NCBI GenBank assembly: GCA_963796955.1
Contig: CAWCNJ010000008.1
Location: 320,001 to 384,000 of the forward strand
Reading direction: 5' to 3'
Length of the DNA: 64,000 bases
From: Endomicrobiales bacterium
GTDB taxonomy: Bacteria > Elusimicrobiota > Endomicrobiia > Endomicrobiales > JALOBY01
Part shown: positions 11,401 through 20,500 of the stretch, piece after piece
How the letters are laid out: each line of letters opens with the position of its first letter
How positions within the stretch are numbered: position 1 is the first letter of the stretch
Translations under genes and position numbers: made by a program
Notes under the pieces: model-generated
What the model saw: only the letters and a program-made list of their open reading frames with translations
The model's database searches: none
What the model was told of the DNA's origin: nothing

Positions 11401-14400
11401 GCAGTACCGCATTTGGTCGGGCCCCGGCCACACCGGCACCATGCTGGCCGACTGGCAGAATATTTTTACATCGACCGGCACACCCGGCTACAATACTGTC
11501 TGGCCGATCCAATTCGGACTGTGTGCTGAGGGGACGAACTATATTTCTGTGCAATGCTTCAACCGCGTCGGACTTTCTGCAACGCTGGATGACGCCTTCT
11601 ATGTCCGCAAGGACACCTCCGCGCCGGTGACAGCGAACAACGAAGCCGGCGGCGACCCGGTCTGGCGTTCCGCTCCCAAAGCGGCGGGCTACGACGTTGA
11701 CTTCAGGGACAATTATTCCGGCCTGAACACCGCTGAATATGCCGCCAACACCCTGCCCGCGATGAACGGCACAACGGTCATTAACTGGACGCCGATATTC
11801 CAGAACATCGGACAGGCAAGCTACACCAATAACTGGCAGGTTGCCTTCGCCTCGCTGCACGAAGGCGGAACGAATTATATCTCTGTCCGGGTCAGCGACA
11901 ACCTGCAACACCTGACGACCTATTACGATGTTTTCTTTGTGCTGAAAGATATCACCAAGCCGCAGATCGCGAACAATATGGCGCCCGGATCGGACGGCAT
12001 CTGGCACGCGACGGACCCAGGCGCGCATTACGACGTTGATTTCTTCGACCTTCCGCAGAACGGCGCCGTGTTAAGCAAATTCCAGACGAAAGCGATGTCG
12101 GGCTCTTTGCAAAGCGGCGCGACGATCTGGGATTGGACGGACCATACGGCAGAGAACGGCACGACCATCAATGCCACCTATTATGTTCAGCCCTGGTCCG
12201 TTAACTTTTCAGCCGCGGTGGAAGGGAAGAACTATATCAGTGTCAGGGCATACGACTACGCGGGCAACATGGATACGCTCTCCGATGCCTTCTTTGTCTT
12301 AAAGGATACCACGCCCCCCACCGTAGTTTATAATCAGGCGGGAGATGCCACGTGGCGCGCCAATAACGACACCGCCTACAACGTGGATTTCCTTGACGCC
12401 CCCGGCGGCTCCGGCATTGATCATTTTGAGGTGGCGACGGCTACGATGCCCGGTGTAACGGGAACTAACTGGACGACCGTTATAACCTCAGCCACGTTCG
12501 CCTATACTGCCGACTGGCAGCTACCGACATCCATTTGGAACGGCATGATGAACGCGACTACCAATTACGTGTGGGCAAGGGTCTTCGACACCGCGGGCAA
12601 CCTGACGGTATCTACCAGCGCGGTCTTCTTTGTGCAGAAAGACACCTCCGCCGTAACGATCACCAACAACGAAACAACCGGGCACTACTCCGCCTGGGTG
12701 AACGCCTCATCTTCGTATGATGTTGATATGCTTTCATCGGGAGCCTCCCTGCTCAGCGGCGCGCAATATTGCGCGTACACCGGCACGAACCGCACCGGCT
12801 CGCAGAGATTCGACTGGACGCCGCTGCCCGGTTTCACGGGCGGTACATCTTCGTTCACCACGAATTGGCAGCTGGCCCCCGCAGACTTCGCCCTGCTGTC
12901 GGACGGCACGGCCAACTGGATCTCGGTGCGCTGCTGGAATGTGGCACACGCGACGGCTACCGCCCTTGATGTGTTCTATGTAAGGAAAGACACGACACCG
13001 TCGACGGCGCCGGGGCTTGTAACTCCCACGGACGGCACAGCTTTGAATAACAACACCGTTTCATTTAGCTGGGGAACCGGCAGCGATACGGCATCGGGGA
13101 TAGCCGGTTATGAACTCTATGTCTCGACGACCGCATCATTTGCGGTCTTTACGACGTCGGCCCAGGCCGCCTCTACAATTAAAACGGTCCAGGTGCCCTC
13201 AGGCAGCTACTTCTGGTACGCGCGGGCTGTCGACGCGGCCGGCAACCGCTCACTCCTCGGCAGCTATTATTCATTGATCGTAGATACGATCGCCCCGACA
13301 GCGGTTCCCGCGCTGACGACACCTGCGAACAACATCAGCACCAATACCACAACGGTATCATTTAGCTGGCAGCAGGCCGCCGACACCATTTCAGGGGTCA
13401 AACAATATACTCTGCAGCTATCGACAGCGCCAGACTTCAGTGTTATCAATTTCAGTTCCGCCACTGCGACAAACGGCGCCTCGCTTTCCGTGGTGCAATC
13501 ATCCTACTCATGGCGCGTATTAGCTCAGGACGGCGCCGGCAATATCTCCGCGCCCAGCCAGGTATACAGCATTATTGTTGACTCGACCGCGCCGTCGGTC
13601 CCCATGCTCGTATCGCCCTTGACCGGCGGGGCCACGAACCAGCTTGCGGTACATTTCGACTGGAACGCGGTAAACGATACGCCCTCAGGCGTTGCGGACT
13701 ACGAACTCACGGCATCAACGGCGGCCGACTTCAGCGTCTTTACCGCCTCGATCGCCGTTGCGGGAATCGGCGACTTCCATGGCACTTCCGTCCAGGGTTT
13801 ACTTCTGGCACGTGCGGGCCATCGATAACGCAAGGAACCAGTCGGCATACTCAACCGCCTTCTCTTTGACCGTCGACAGCATCGCTCCGAACACCCCGGT
13901 GTTGTTGCAGCCGCTGGCCGCCAGCGCGACAAACTACGAGCCCATCGGGTTCAGCTGGTCACCTTCCGCCGACGCGCTGTCAGGCCTCAGCGCCTATGTG
14001 CTGCAGCTGGCTACCAGCACGGATTTCGCTTTGATCGCCTTCAGCTCGGTTACCGTCGCGACCAATGCTTCGCTTTCTCCGGTACAGTCATCCTATACCT
14101 GGCGTGTCATCGCCTATGATCAGGCCGGCAACGTAGCGGTCAGCACGCAGTCGTTCAGCGTTGTTTTCGACACAACCCCGCCCGCTGCGGTTGCCTTGCT
14201 GACAAGCCCGTCTAACCCGACCGTCTCCGGCAACACGCTCGTGCCGTTCAGCTGGACTGCAGCCCTAGACGATACTGCCGGTATCGCGAATTATACGATC
14301 GAACTCTCAACGGCACCGGATTTTTCACGCATCGCGATCTCATCGGTCACCGCCGCCACTGCGGCCACCATCACTGTCGTTGAATCATCTTACAGCTGGC

Positions 14401-17400
14401 GCGTGCGTTCGACCGACCGCGCGGGCAACACCAATACCGGTTCGCCGGTATACTCTCTGGTGATCGATACCGACGCGCCATCGATCGTCATAAACGAAGG
14501 CGCGCCGCTATGGACAAATTCGGGCAGGCCTTACGATGTTGATTTCTTTGATTATCTCTCGGGAGTGAATGTCGCATCATACACCGCAAGGACTGCACCG
14601 GGCCTCGGCGGAGCGCAATTGATCGCCTGGACAACGGTTTTCTTGAACCTGAATGCCCAGGCTTACACCACTGACTGGCCGGTTAATTTCAGCCTGCTTG
14701 CCCCGGGAACAAATTATATATCTGTCAGGGCCGCGGATATGCTGGGCAACACGTCGTCTTATACTGATGCGTTCAAAATTCTTAAGGATACCATCGCGCC
14801 TGCGAACATCACAAACCTTGCAGGCTTCACCGGTACCAACGCGGGCGAGATCAACCTGTCATGGACCGCTCCGGCGGATGACGCCCTGACCGATCCCGGC
14901 AACCGTCAAGTGAGCGCCTACATTATCAAATATAGTGCGGTTAATTTCACTGACATTAATAACTTCCTTACGAGCGGTACAACAGCGTACTCCTCTTTGA
15001 GCGCCCACACGGTTTCGTATAGCGAAACAACCACGATCACTACATTATCCGAAGGTTCTACATTCTATATAGGAATAATAGCCGTTGATAAAGCCGGCAA
15101 TTATTCTGCCGGCGTAAGCACCAGCGTCGCGGCATCAAAACGCGTTCCGCCCGGCGCGGTAACGACCCTTACCGCCGTTACCGGCGGGTTGCCCGGTGAG
15201 ATCGATATTTCCTGGCTTGCGCCCGCAGACAACGGCTATACCGGCGCGCCGGCGGCTGGCTATCTTATCAAATTCTCCACAACCCAGATAAACAGCGAGG
15301 CGACATTTATTTCTGCGACAACCTCAACCCTTTCGGGCACTTTCACGCCCGCCTCGCCGGGCTCGCCCGAATTGCGCACCATTCAGGGATTGATCACCAG
15401 CGCCACATACTATATCGCCCTGAAAGCGTATGATGCGGCCGGGAATTACAGCCTGCTTTCCACGACTGCTTCAGCGGCCGCCGCCCCCTCGGGGCCCGCG
15501 GAGGGTATGGCCGCCTTCGGCGAAGGATCGAATGCCGCGCCGCAATTCGCCTCGTGGACAGGGTCCTCATGGAACGCGTCCCAGGACGCTCTTTCCGGCG
15601 CCCCCAATACCAGATATCTGCGTTTGAAATCCTGTAACGTTCTGCGCGATCAGAAGATAATGGGCGCCTTAACCTACGACGGCACGACAGCGCCGGACGG
15701 TGACCTCTACGTTCAGGTATGGAACGGCCAGCTGGGTTCGTGGATAAATCCGACGACGGGGATCAGCGGGAGCGCGTACCGGATGAACGCAAACCAGGGC
15801 ACGCTATATAGCGCCTACCGCGGCTTTGATATCGCCTACGAACAGCTTTCAGGCAGGGCGCTGATCGTGTACAGCGACGGCGTTTCAGGCCAGGTTTCCT
15901 ACCGGGTTTGGAGCTCAACACAAAATGCCTGGTCAACCGGCGTTAAGACCCTCACCATGAGCGGTGCGACCGGCGATGCCTACTGGATAAAAACAAAGTC
16001 GCGCCCCGGGACCGACGACATATTGCTCGGTGTGCTTACCTCCAACAGCAATGTCTTTACCGCCGTGTGGCACGGCACCGGTGAATTCCTGAGCGTCAGC
16101 ACCCGCACCTGCTCTACCACGGCCTCGATCGCGACAAAAGAGGCCTTTGACGTCGATTGGGAAGCGCAGGATGGCAGGGGCATGATCGTCTGGGGTCAGG
16201 GTGCGGTAACGCCGTGGAACCGTTATGACCTGTGGTCGTCATCCAACAGCGCCTGGCTGTCGGGCTCCGCGATACCGACCGGCTACACCGGCCCGATAAC
16301 CGGCGCGACCGTCAACTGGCTTTCAATAGCCGCCGATCCCAACTCGAACCGCATAGCGCTCTCAAGCGAGGACAGCGCTAACGACTGGAACGTAACCGTC
16401 TGGAGCGGCTCAGCGTGGGCAACTTCAACGGAACTGACCGCAAATGATTCCTCCATTACCTCGCGCTGCGGCGATATCGCCTGGGAAAAGAGCTCCGGTT
16501 ATGCCATGGTCTGCGGCGTTCAGGCGAGCTCCGGCACATTTAACTGGTCGCGCTATAACGGCACCAGTTGGACGACCTTATCAGGCGCCAGTGTGGACAC
16601 CTATAAATGGTCGGACATTCTTGGGTACATAGAGCTGTACCCGGATCCCAACACTAACAACATAGTTCTGCTTGGCCTTGACCGCGCCGGCACGCTACGC
16701 ACGCGCACATGGAACGGCACCGCCTGGACAGGCGGTTCAGTGTTGTCAACTCTTGTTTCAGGATGGACGGTAGGCACGATCGCCGCTTATCAGCCGGCCG
16801 AACTCGCCCTGGACTTGCAGGACTCAATAGCCCCGACCATTGCCAACAACCAGACGGGCGATACCGCATGGCGCAACGCCTCGGGCCTCTACCGTGTCTC
16901 CTTTACCGATTCGGGAGGATCGCATCTTTCACAGGTACGCACCTCTGTCTATACCGGTCCCGCGTCAGGCCAGAGAGGTAACCAGCTGAAGGATTATTCC
17001 AACGGAGGGCCTGATATCAGCGGTATCAACAGCGACACGTACAACACCAACTGGCCGCTTACACAAAACACCTGGAGCCTTTTACAAAACGGCACAAACT
17101 ATATTTCGATAATGGTTTACGATAACGCGGCCAATCAGACTGAGCTGCTGGATGCCTTCTATGTGCTTAAAGACACCATCGCGCCGGTAATAACCAACAA
17201 TGAAAGCCAAACGCCGGTGTGGGAAAATACCGGCCGTCCTTACAACATCTCTTTTGCCGATCAGGCTAACCTGTCTAAGCTGGATACCGTGCAGTACACC
17301 GCTTACAGCGCGCCGGCCCAGGGCGGAACACAAATTATGCCATGGACGTCGATCGCTAACGTCAATAATACCGTGTCGCTCAGCGCCTTGAACCTGAACT

Positions 17401-17500
17401 ATAACCTGCTGTCCGCCAACACGAACTACATATCGATACGGGCATGGGATATCGCGGGCACGACCACCGCAGTAATAGACGCATTCATCCTGCTGAAGGA
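212..17500 (+). repeat. About 32 diverged ~113-aa Ig-like protein repeats dispersed through the giant gene
   Basis: Counted by hand from the translations (9 in segment 1, 20 in segment 2, 3 in segment 3). Consensus DTxxPxIxNNQxGDxxWR-x5-YxVDFxDxxSxL...W...Y-x3-W...L-x2-GxNY[IV]SVRxxDxAG...AF[YF][VI]xK. Conserved at protein level only. Confidence 0.85.
5555..13828 (+). CDS. Giant repetitive surface protein, segment 2: ~20 Ig-like ~113-aa repeats plus ~95-aa FN3-like repeats
   Basis: 2757-aa ORF with the same repeat family; no signal peptide or RBS. The GTG start lies inside the propeller domain begun in segment 1, and the ORF drifts out of frame at ~13763 in the middle of an FN3-like repeat. 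Confidence 0.9.
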   Translation: MLETTSSGGAAYESFAYDFDKQDIIPPTITDHQTGDNKWLASNTHTYNVDFADAGDSHLSYYQIKITTGPAQTGALILDWTTQANLYPSDSYTADWSIANSTFTAMREGKNYVSVRVYDNAKNLASLSDAFYVLKDTTPPTTTVLFSPPDTTFTSNQNITFQWNGATDTASGIQGYEFNISTAQNFSVIYSSSYVTARADALTLPSQAYYWRVRAQDNADQFGAFSSTFSVTVSTAGPSIMNNLTGGDTTWRNAPVTYNVDFNASPSKLDTAQYTVWSSTGRTGTQLINWTTIFINLGAASYTTDWPVNFNLLPNGTSYVSVRVWDTAGSTSSLNDAFFIRKDNQPPSIANNQEGDPVWRVAGGTSYNVDFFDIGGSLLDKAQYAVYRSTGMQGAAVIGWTDIAASISSAAYTTDWQVNFPALASGINNVSVRGIDVAGSSTTVQDAFYILKDTQAPTAVNNIPGGLAWKAANTGTYDFELADAGGSLLAHFEVSACTAAALGSPSLSGWVPVATNISSDSFKTPWPLPQAVWDTLAQTTTNYISVSATDLAGNTTIFVDAFQVLKDTIAPVIVNNQSGDTTWRGNSGTQYSVNFFDLGGAGLDHIQYAVWASSSQQGSQIIPWTDIAALPVGATSYTTPWQLNFSLLGSATNFVSVRAFDHAGTAAMLTDAFYVLKDALAPTINNNQTGDTAWRAAGGSTYNVYFNDAGGSLLSTFQVRIGTTPAQAAPYTLDWTTVISNMNTPSYSTPWQLPAGAFDTLLSGVTNFVSVRTWDNAGSTTTLSDAFYILKDTIAPSISINEVQDDTWYANDPGTLHAVSFSDQGGSKLKNLLYTARSSTGGIVIDLTAIALSVNATGYQTPWNVNFSRMAPGYNYISLQADDLAGNTTYYANAFYVKKDTAAPSIIVDPALANGDLSWQNSGGKVYNVDFFAQGVSNLDTIQYAVYAAPNRGGAPLINWTTIGIAPLNTLSYTTDWAVAFSQLAEGATNYVSVRCWNITGTTTTVNDAFRIFKDVTNPSIIDPVPGDDTVWRSANNGLYNIDFYDAPQFGSKLSNMQTLISTAAYQSGTVLQDWYTQSLRLNTTSYAADWPLDQVSFNAMREGANYVSVRAFDNAGNSYELTDAFFVLKDTEAPVVTNAQSGDNTWRSANAGTYAVSFYDLPEHNGSQLSRFQVRASTVAFGAAPLVFDWSDNTLAINSTYYVTPWQLNSTLWNLLPSGTSYISVRAQDNALQYSTPVNAFYIMKDTIAPTITDNQSGDYTWRVTSATVYDVDFQDLHSQLAAAQWTSYTSAGLGGTQSAPWSDISIGGPTPSFTANWALGSAGWNLLAAGTNYISVRAWDVAGTTATRTDAFVVLKDTSGPDIINSQTGYDSWLNANPGALWNVNFRDTLSMLSTAQYRISASTMLSSPLTGWTTIYTYTPGQAVYNSAWAITQADWALMPQGTSYVTVRAFDNLSNATTGYDVFYVRKDTTAPNVVDAQPAITALTPADLSALNVSVYDSGFSGFAGIQYTVRPSSGLPGSYIINWTTLPSVTVGATWYAAPWTIETQFSTLPNGASSYLSLRATDLAGNTTTFADAVVIYKNATGPSIISNQPGDNTWRDSVAGVTYNVDFQSNSGNNLSYFEVRICTGTGQASDKIVADWFTITQNINNVLYTADWAIPVSTFNVLPQGKNYISIRVHDTGGAVTTMLDVFYIKKDTAAPVITDLQAAPTSYYTSGQLFDVDFNDQGAGLSSAQYLISTSSTNIAGTAIGGWTNIFSGAPVASFTTNWPISNDLLLQEWTTNYISVRAFDALNHCTTTYAAFAVWKDTTAPSVPVLSAPLDNLTTSYANQSFGWSASSDLRSGLAGYEFIISTDPAFAVYTASSTLSATTFGLTLNSGQYYWKVRAYDVAGNRSLYSPSNSLLIATALPVITNNQTGSTTWYGADPGAIWNITFADLGSGLTTAQYRIWSGPGHTGTMLADWQNIFTSTGTPGYNTVWPIQFGLCAEGTNYISVQCFNRVGLSATLDDAFYVRKDTSAPVTANNEAGGDPVWRSAPKAAGYDVDFRDNYSGLNTAEYAANTLPAMNGTTVINWTPIFQNIGQASYTNNWQVAFASLHEGGTNYISVRVSDNLQHLTTYYDVFFVLKDITKPQIANNMAPGSDGIWHATDPGAHYDVDFFDLPQNGAVLSKFQTKAMSGSLQSGATIWDWTDHTAENGTTINATYYVQPWSVNFSAAVEGKNYISVRAYDYAGNMDTLSDAFFVLKDTTPPTVVYNQAGDATWRANNDTAYNVDFLDAPGGSGIDHFEVATATMPGVTGTNWTTVITSATFAYTADWQLPTSIWNGMMNATTNYVWARVFDTAGNLTVSTSAVFFVQKDTSAVTITNNETTGHYSAWVNASSSYDVDMLSSGASLLSGAQYCAYTGTNRTGSQRFDWTPLPGFTGGTSSFTTNWQLAPADFALLSDGTANWISVRCWNVAHATATALDVFYVRKDTTPSTAPGLVTPTDGTALNNNTVSFSWGTGSDTASGIAGYELYVSTTASFAVFTTSAQAASTIKTVQVPSGSYFWYARAVDAAGNRSLLGSYYSLIVDTIAPTAVPALTTPANNISTNTTTVSFSWQQAADTISGVKQYTLQLSTAPDFSVINFSSATATNGASLSVVQSSYSWRVLAQDGAGNISAPSQVYSIIVDSTAPSVPMLVSPLTGGATNQLAVHFDWNAVNDTPSGVADYELTASTAADFSVFTASIAVAGIGDFHGTSVQGLLLARAGHR

Positions 17501-20500
17501 TACTCAGCCGCCGGCGAATACGACCACCCTTGCGGCTGTGCAGGGGCCTTATCGCGGCACGATCGACGTTTCCTGGATAGCGCCCGGCGACGACGGTACG
17601 ACCGTATTTAACGGTAACGGCCTCTATGACCTGCGCGTAGCTTCTTACCCTATCAGCTCGCAGCCGCTGTTTGACTCAGCAACGGTCTATGCCCTCTTGA
17701 AACCCGTCGCGCAGCCTGGCGCCATAGAATCGCTTACGGTCACCGGCCTGTCGGTGGGGACTACTTATTACTTCGCGCTGCGCACCAGGGATAAGGTCCC
17801 TAACTATTCCGCGATATCCAACACCGCCGGTGCCTTCCCGCGGGGCGAAAGCGTCTACATAAATGAAGTATTCGCTGCAGGCAACGGCAGCTGGGTAGAG
17901 CTCTATAACAATCTGGCTTCCAGCGTTTCGCTTTCCGGATGGACGCTGCAATACAACGGCGGGACCATCGATGCGCCGGCGACATACAACACCGTCTGGA
18001 CGGCGGTAGCAGGAAGCTCTATACCCGTCGGCGGTATATATGTTATCAGCGGCCTTAACCTGTCGGGGTCCAACAGCTATCATGTCAGGCTTTTAGACAA
18101 CAACGCAGCGCCCCGCATAGTTGATATAGTCCAGTGGCCGGTGCTGCCGGCCGGCTCGAGTTTCGCGCGTATTACCGACGGCAATCCCGCTTTACTCGAG
18201 ATAGACCCTACGCCGACGCCCGGGCTGCTTAATTATTCAACCAGCACAGCGGTCTTCATAAATGAAATAGACTACGCCTCAAACGCTCAGTTCGTGGAAC
18301 TGTACAGCACTTCCGCATCTGTGATAACGATGTCCAGCTACACGATCCGCAACATGAACAGGAATCCGTTCACGTTCACGCGCAAGATCTATCCCTCGGC
18401 CTTTACCGTGATCGACAACTCGTCTGTTGATACCTACGCCAGGACCTGGGCAACGTGCATGGGCGGCGCTTTATCATCATCGTGCGATAACATCACACTT
18501 GAAAACGCATCAGGCCAGGTTCAGGACCGCGTTGTCTGGTGCAATGGCACACCCAGCTACTACAATTATAAAGCAGCGTTGGTACCGTATGATACGCCGG
18601 CCAACGCGAACCTCTCCGCACCGCGTACGATCGGGCGCGTTCAGGATGGCGTGTCGTCGGGTAACAACGCCGCAGACCTGACATCATTTACGTCCAACAG
18701 CTACGGTATGCGCAACTACAATCCTACGCCGGCAACGGCGAATACATTCACCTACCCTGCCACCGGCGGCGTGCTGCCGCGCACCTTTAAGATGACGTTC
18801 GCGCTTGGCGCCAACTCCAGCGCGGGCGCAAATAACACGGTCGTATTTACCAGGACCGGCGGCAGCCCCGATCAGCATTCGCCACACATTTACAGAATGT
18901 TGGATGCAGGCGTTAACACCGGCATAACCTCTTCCCAGAATGTTGTGCAGACCGGCGTATCCTTTAACGATCAGGACGGCGCCTCGCTCGTCGACGGCGC
19001 TGTCTATACTATTGCGCTGCTGACCTCCAATGCAGCTGGTGCAGCTCCGGCCGTAACTCATACGTCCGTTACCTACGACGCCACGGTGCATTTGGCGCAG
19101 CTGTCTGACAACACGCCGGTGCGCGGCAATGTAGGCTGCGTGACCCCGGTAATGAAGCTGACTCTGACGAACCGTTCAGCGGCCGGCGCGAACGCGATAA
19201 AGTTCTCCAGCATGACGGTAGCCTTTACTCAGGCCGACGGCGTAACACCATTGAGCGGGGCTCAGGAAGCAGCCCTTTTCTCGTCAATAAGTGTCTTCGC
19301 CGATAACATAACCAACGGCACTCAGGGCACGTATCAAAGGGATATCGACACGGACGAATGGGGAAAACTCACTTCTCTCAATACCTCATCCGGCCGCCAG
19401 ACTATTGTGGCGGAAAATCCGGGCGCCGCTATCAGTTCGGTCGCGCCAAACAGCTCGAAGACCTATTTTGTCACGGTAACGCTTACGGCCAATGCAAACG
19501 TGAACGGAAGCTACAGAGCACTGCTTGCTCCGGCTACGGATGTTGCATGGCTTGACGCCGCTACGGATGTCCCGCAGGTCTCCAGCGGCACTACGGTACT
19601 GACGGTCGTCTCAAGCGCGACCGTGCCTGCTCAGGCACCTGCCGGATCGTCCTATCCCTCAGCCATTTCAACGCCCGGCATCCAGCTGAACAGCTTCATG
19701 TCGGTAGGCTTAACCGGCACCGCCCCCGCCTCCATGGATGACGCCTCCGTAATGGCCGCCGGTTCCGACGGTTTCGTTCACGCCCTCGACGCGGACGGCA
19801 ACGCCAAATGGCAGTTCAACGCGGGCAGCCCGATAACCGCCACCTACGAAACCAGCTATCTGGGCGATGAGGGCAACGACACGAACGGCAACCCGCTCAG
19901 GTACCTTTACGTCGCGACCCAGGGCGGCCAGCTTTACAAGATACAGGATAATGATTCATCGATGTCCAACGTCTGGGGCGGCGCGCAGGAACTGGGTTCG
20001 CCGGTTACCAGCGAGATAGCGGAATACGGCATGGACGTGACCCACGTCTTCCTGGGTACCGCCGACGGGAAGATCCATAAGATCAACACCGATGGCAGCG
20101 CCGTGCCGGGCTGGAGCATGGCATCGGGCATCAGCGGATCGCCGCTGGGCGTGCCGGCGATAGACGAGTTCAGCAGCGGCGTCAACGCCCTGTGGTTCGG
20201 CACCGGGAACGGACAGATATACCGCATAAACAATGTCGATGGGTCCATCACATCATCGTCGGCGACCGCCACCGCTATCAGGACGTCACCCTATATATTC
20301 GCCGGTTTCGGTGACACATCAAGAAATTCCCATAATATTTATTTCGGCGATGACGATGGTAATTTCAAGTGCCGCACCTCCAGCAATTTAAAGACAAAGC
20401 CCGCCCAGTGGAATGATGTACACGTCAGTTCGCCGGTACGCGGCTCCCCGGTCTATGCTCTTGACAACCAGTCCATGATCTTCGGCTGCGACGATGGCAG

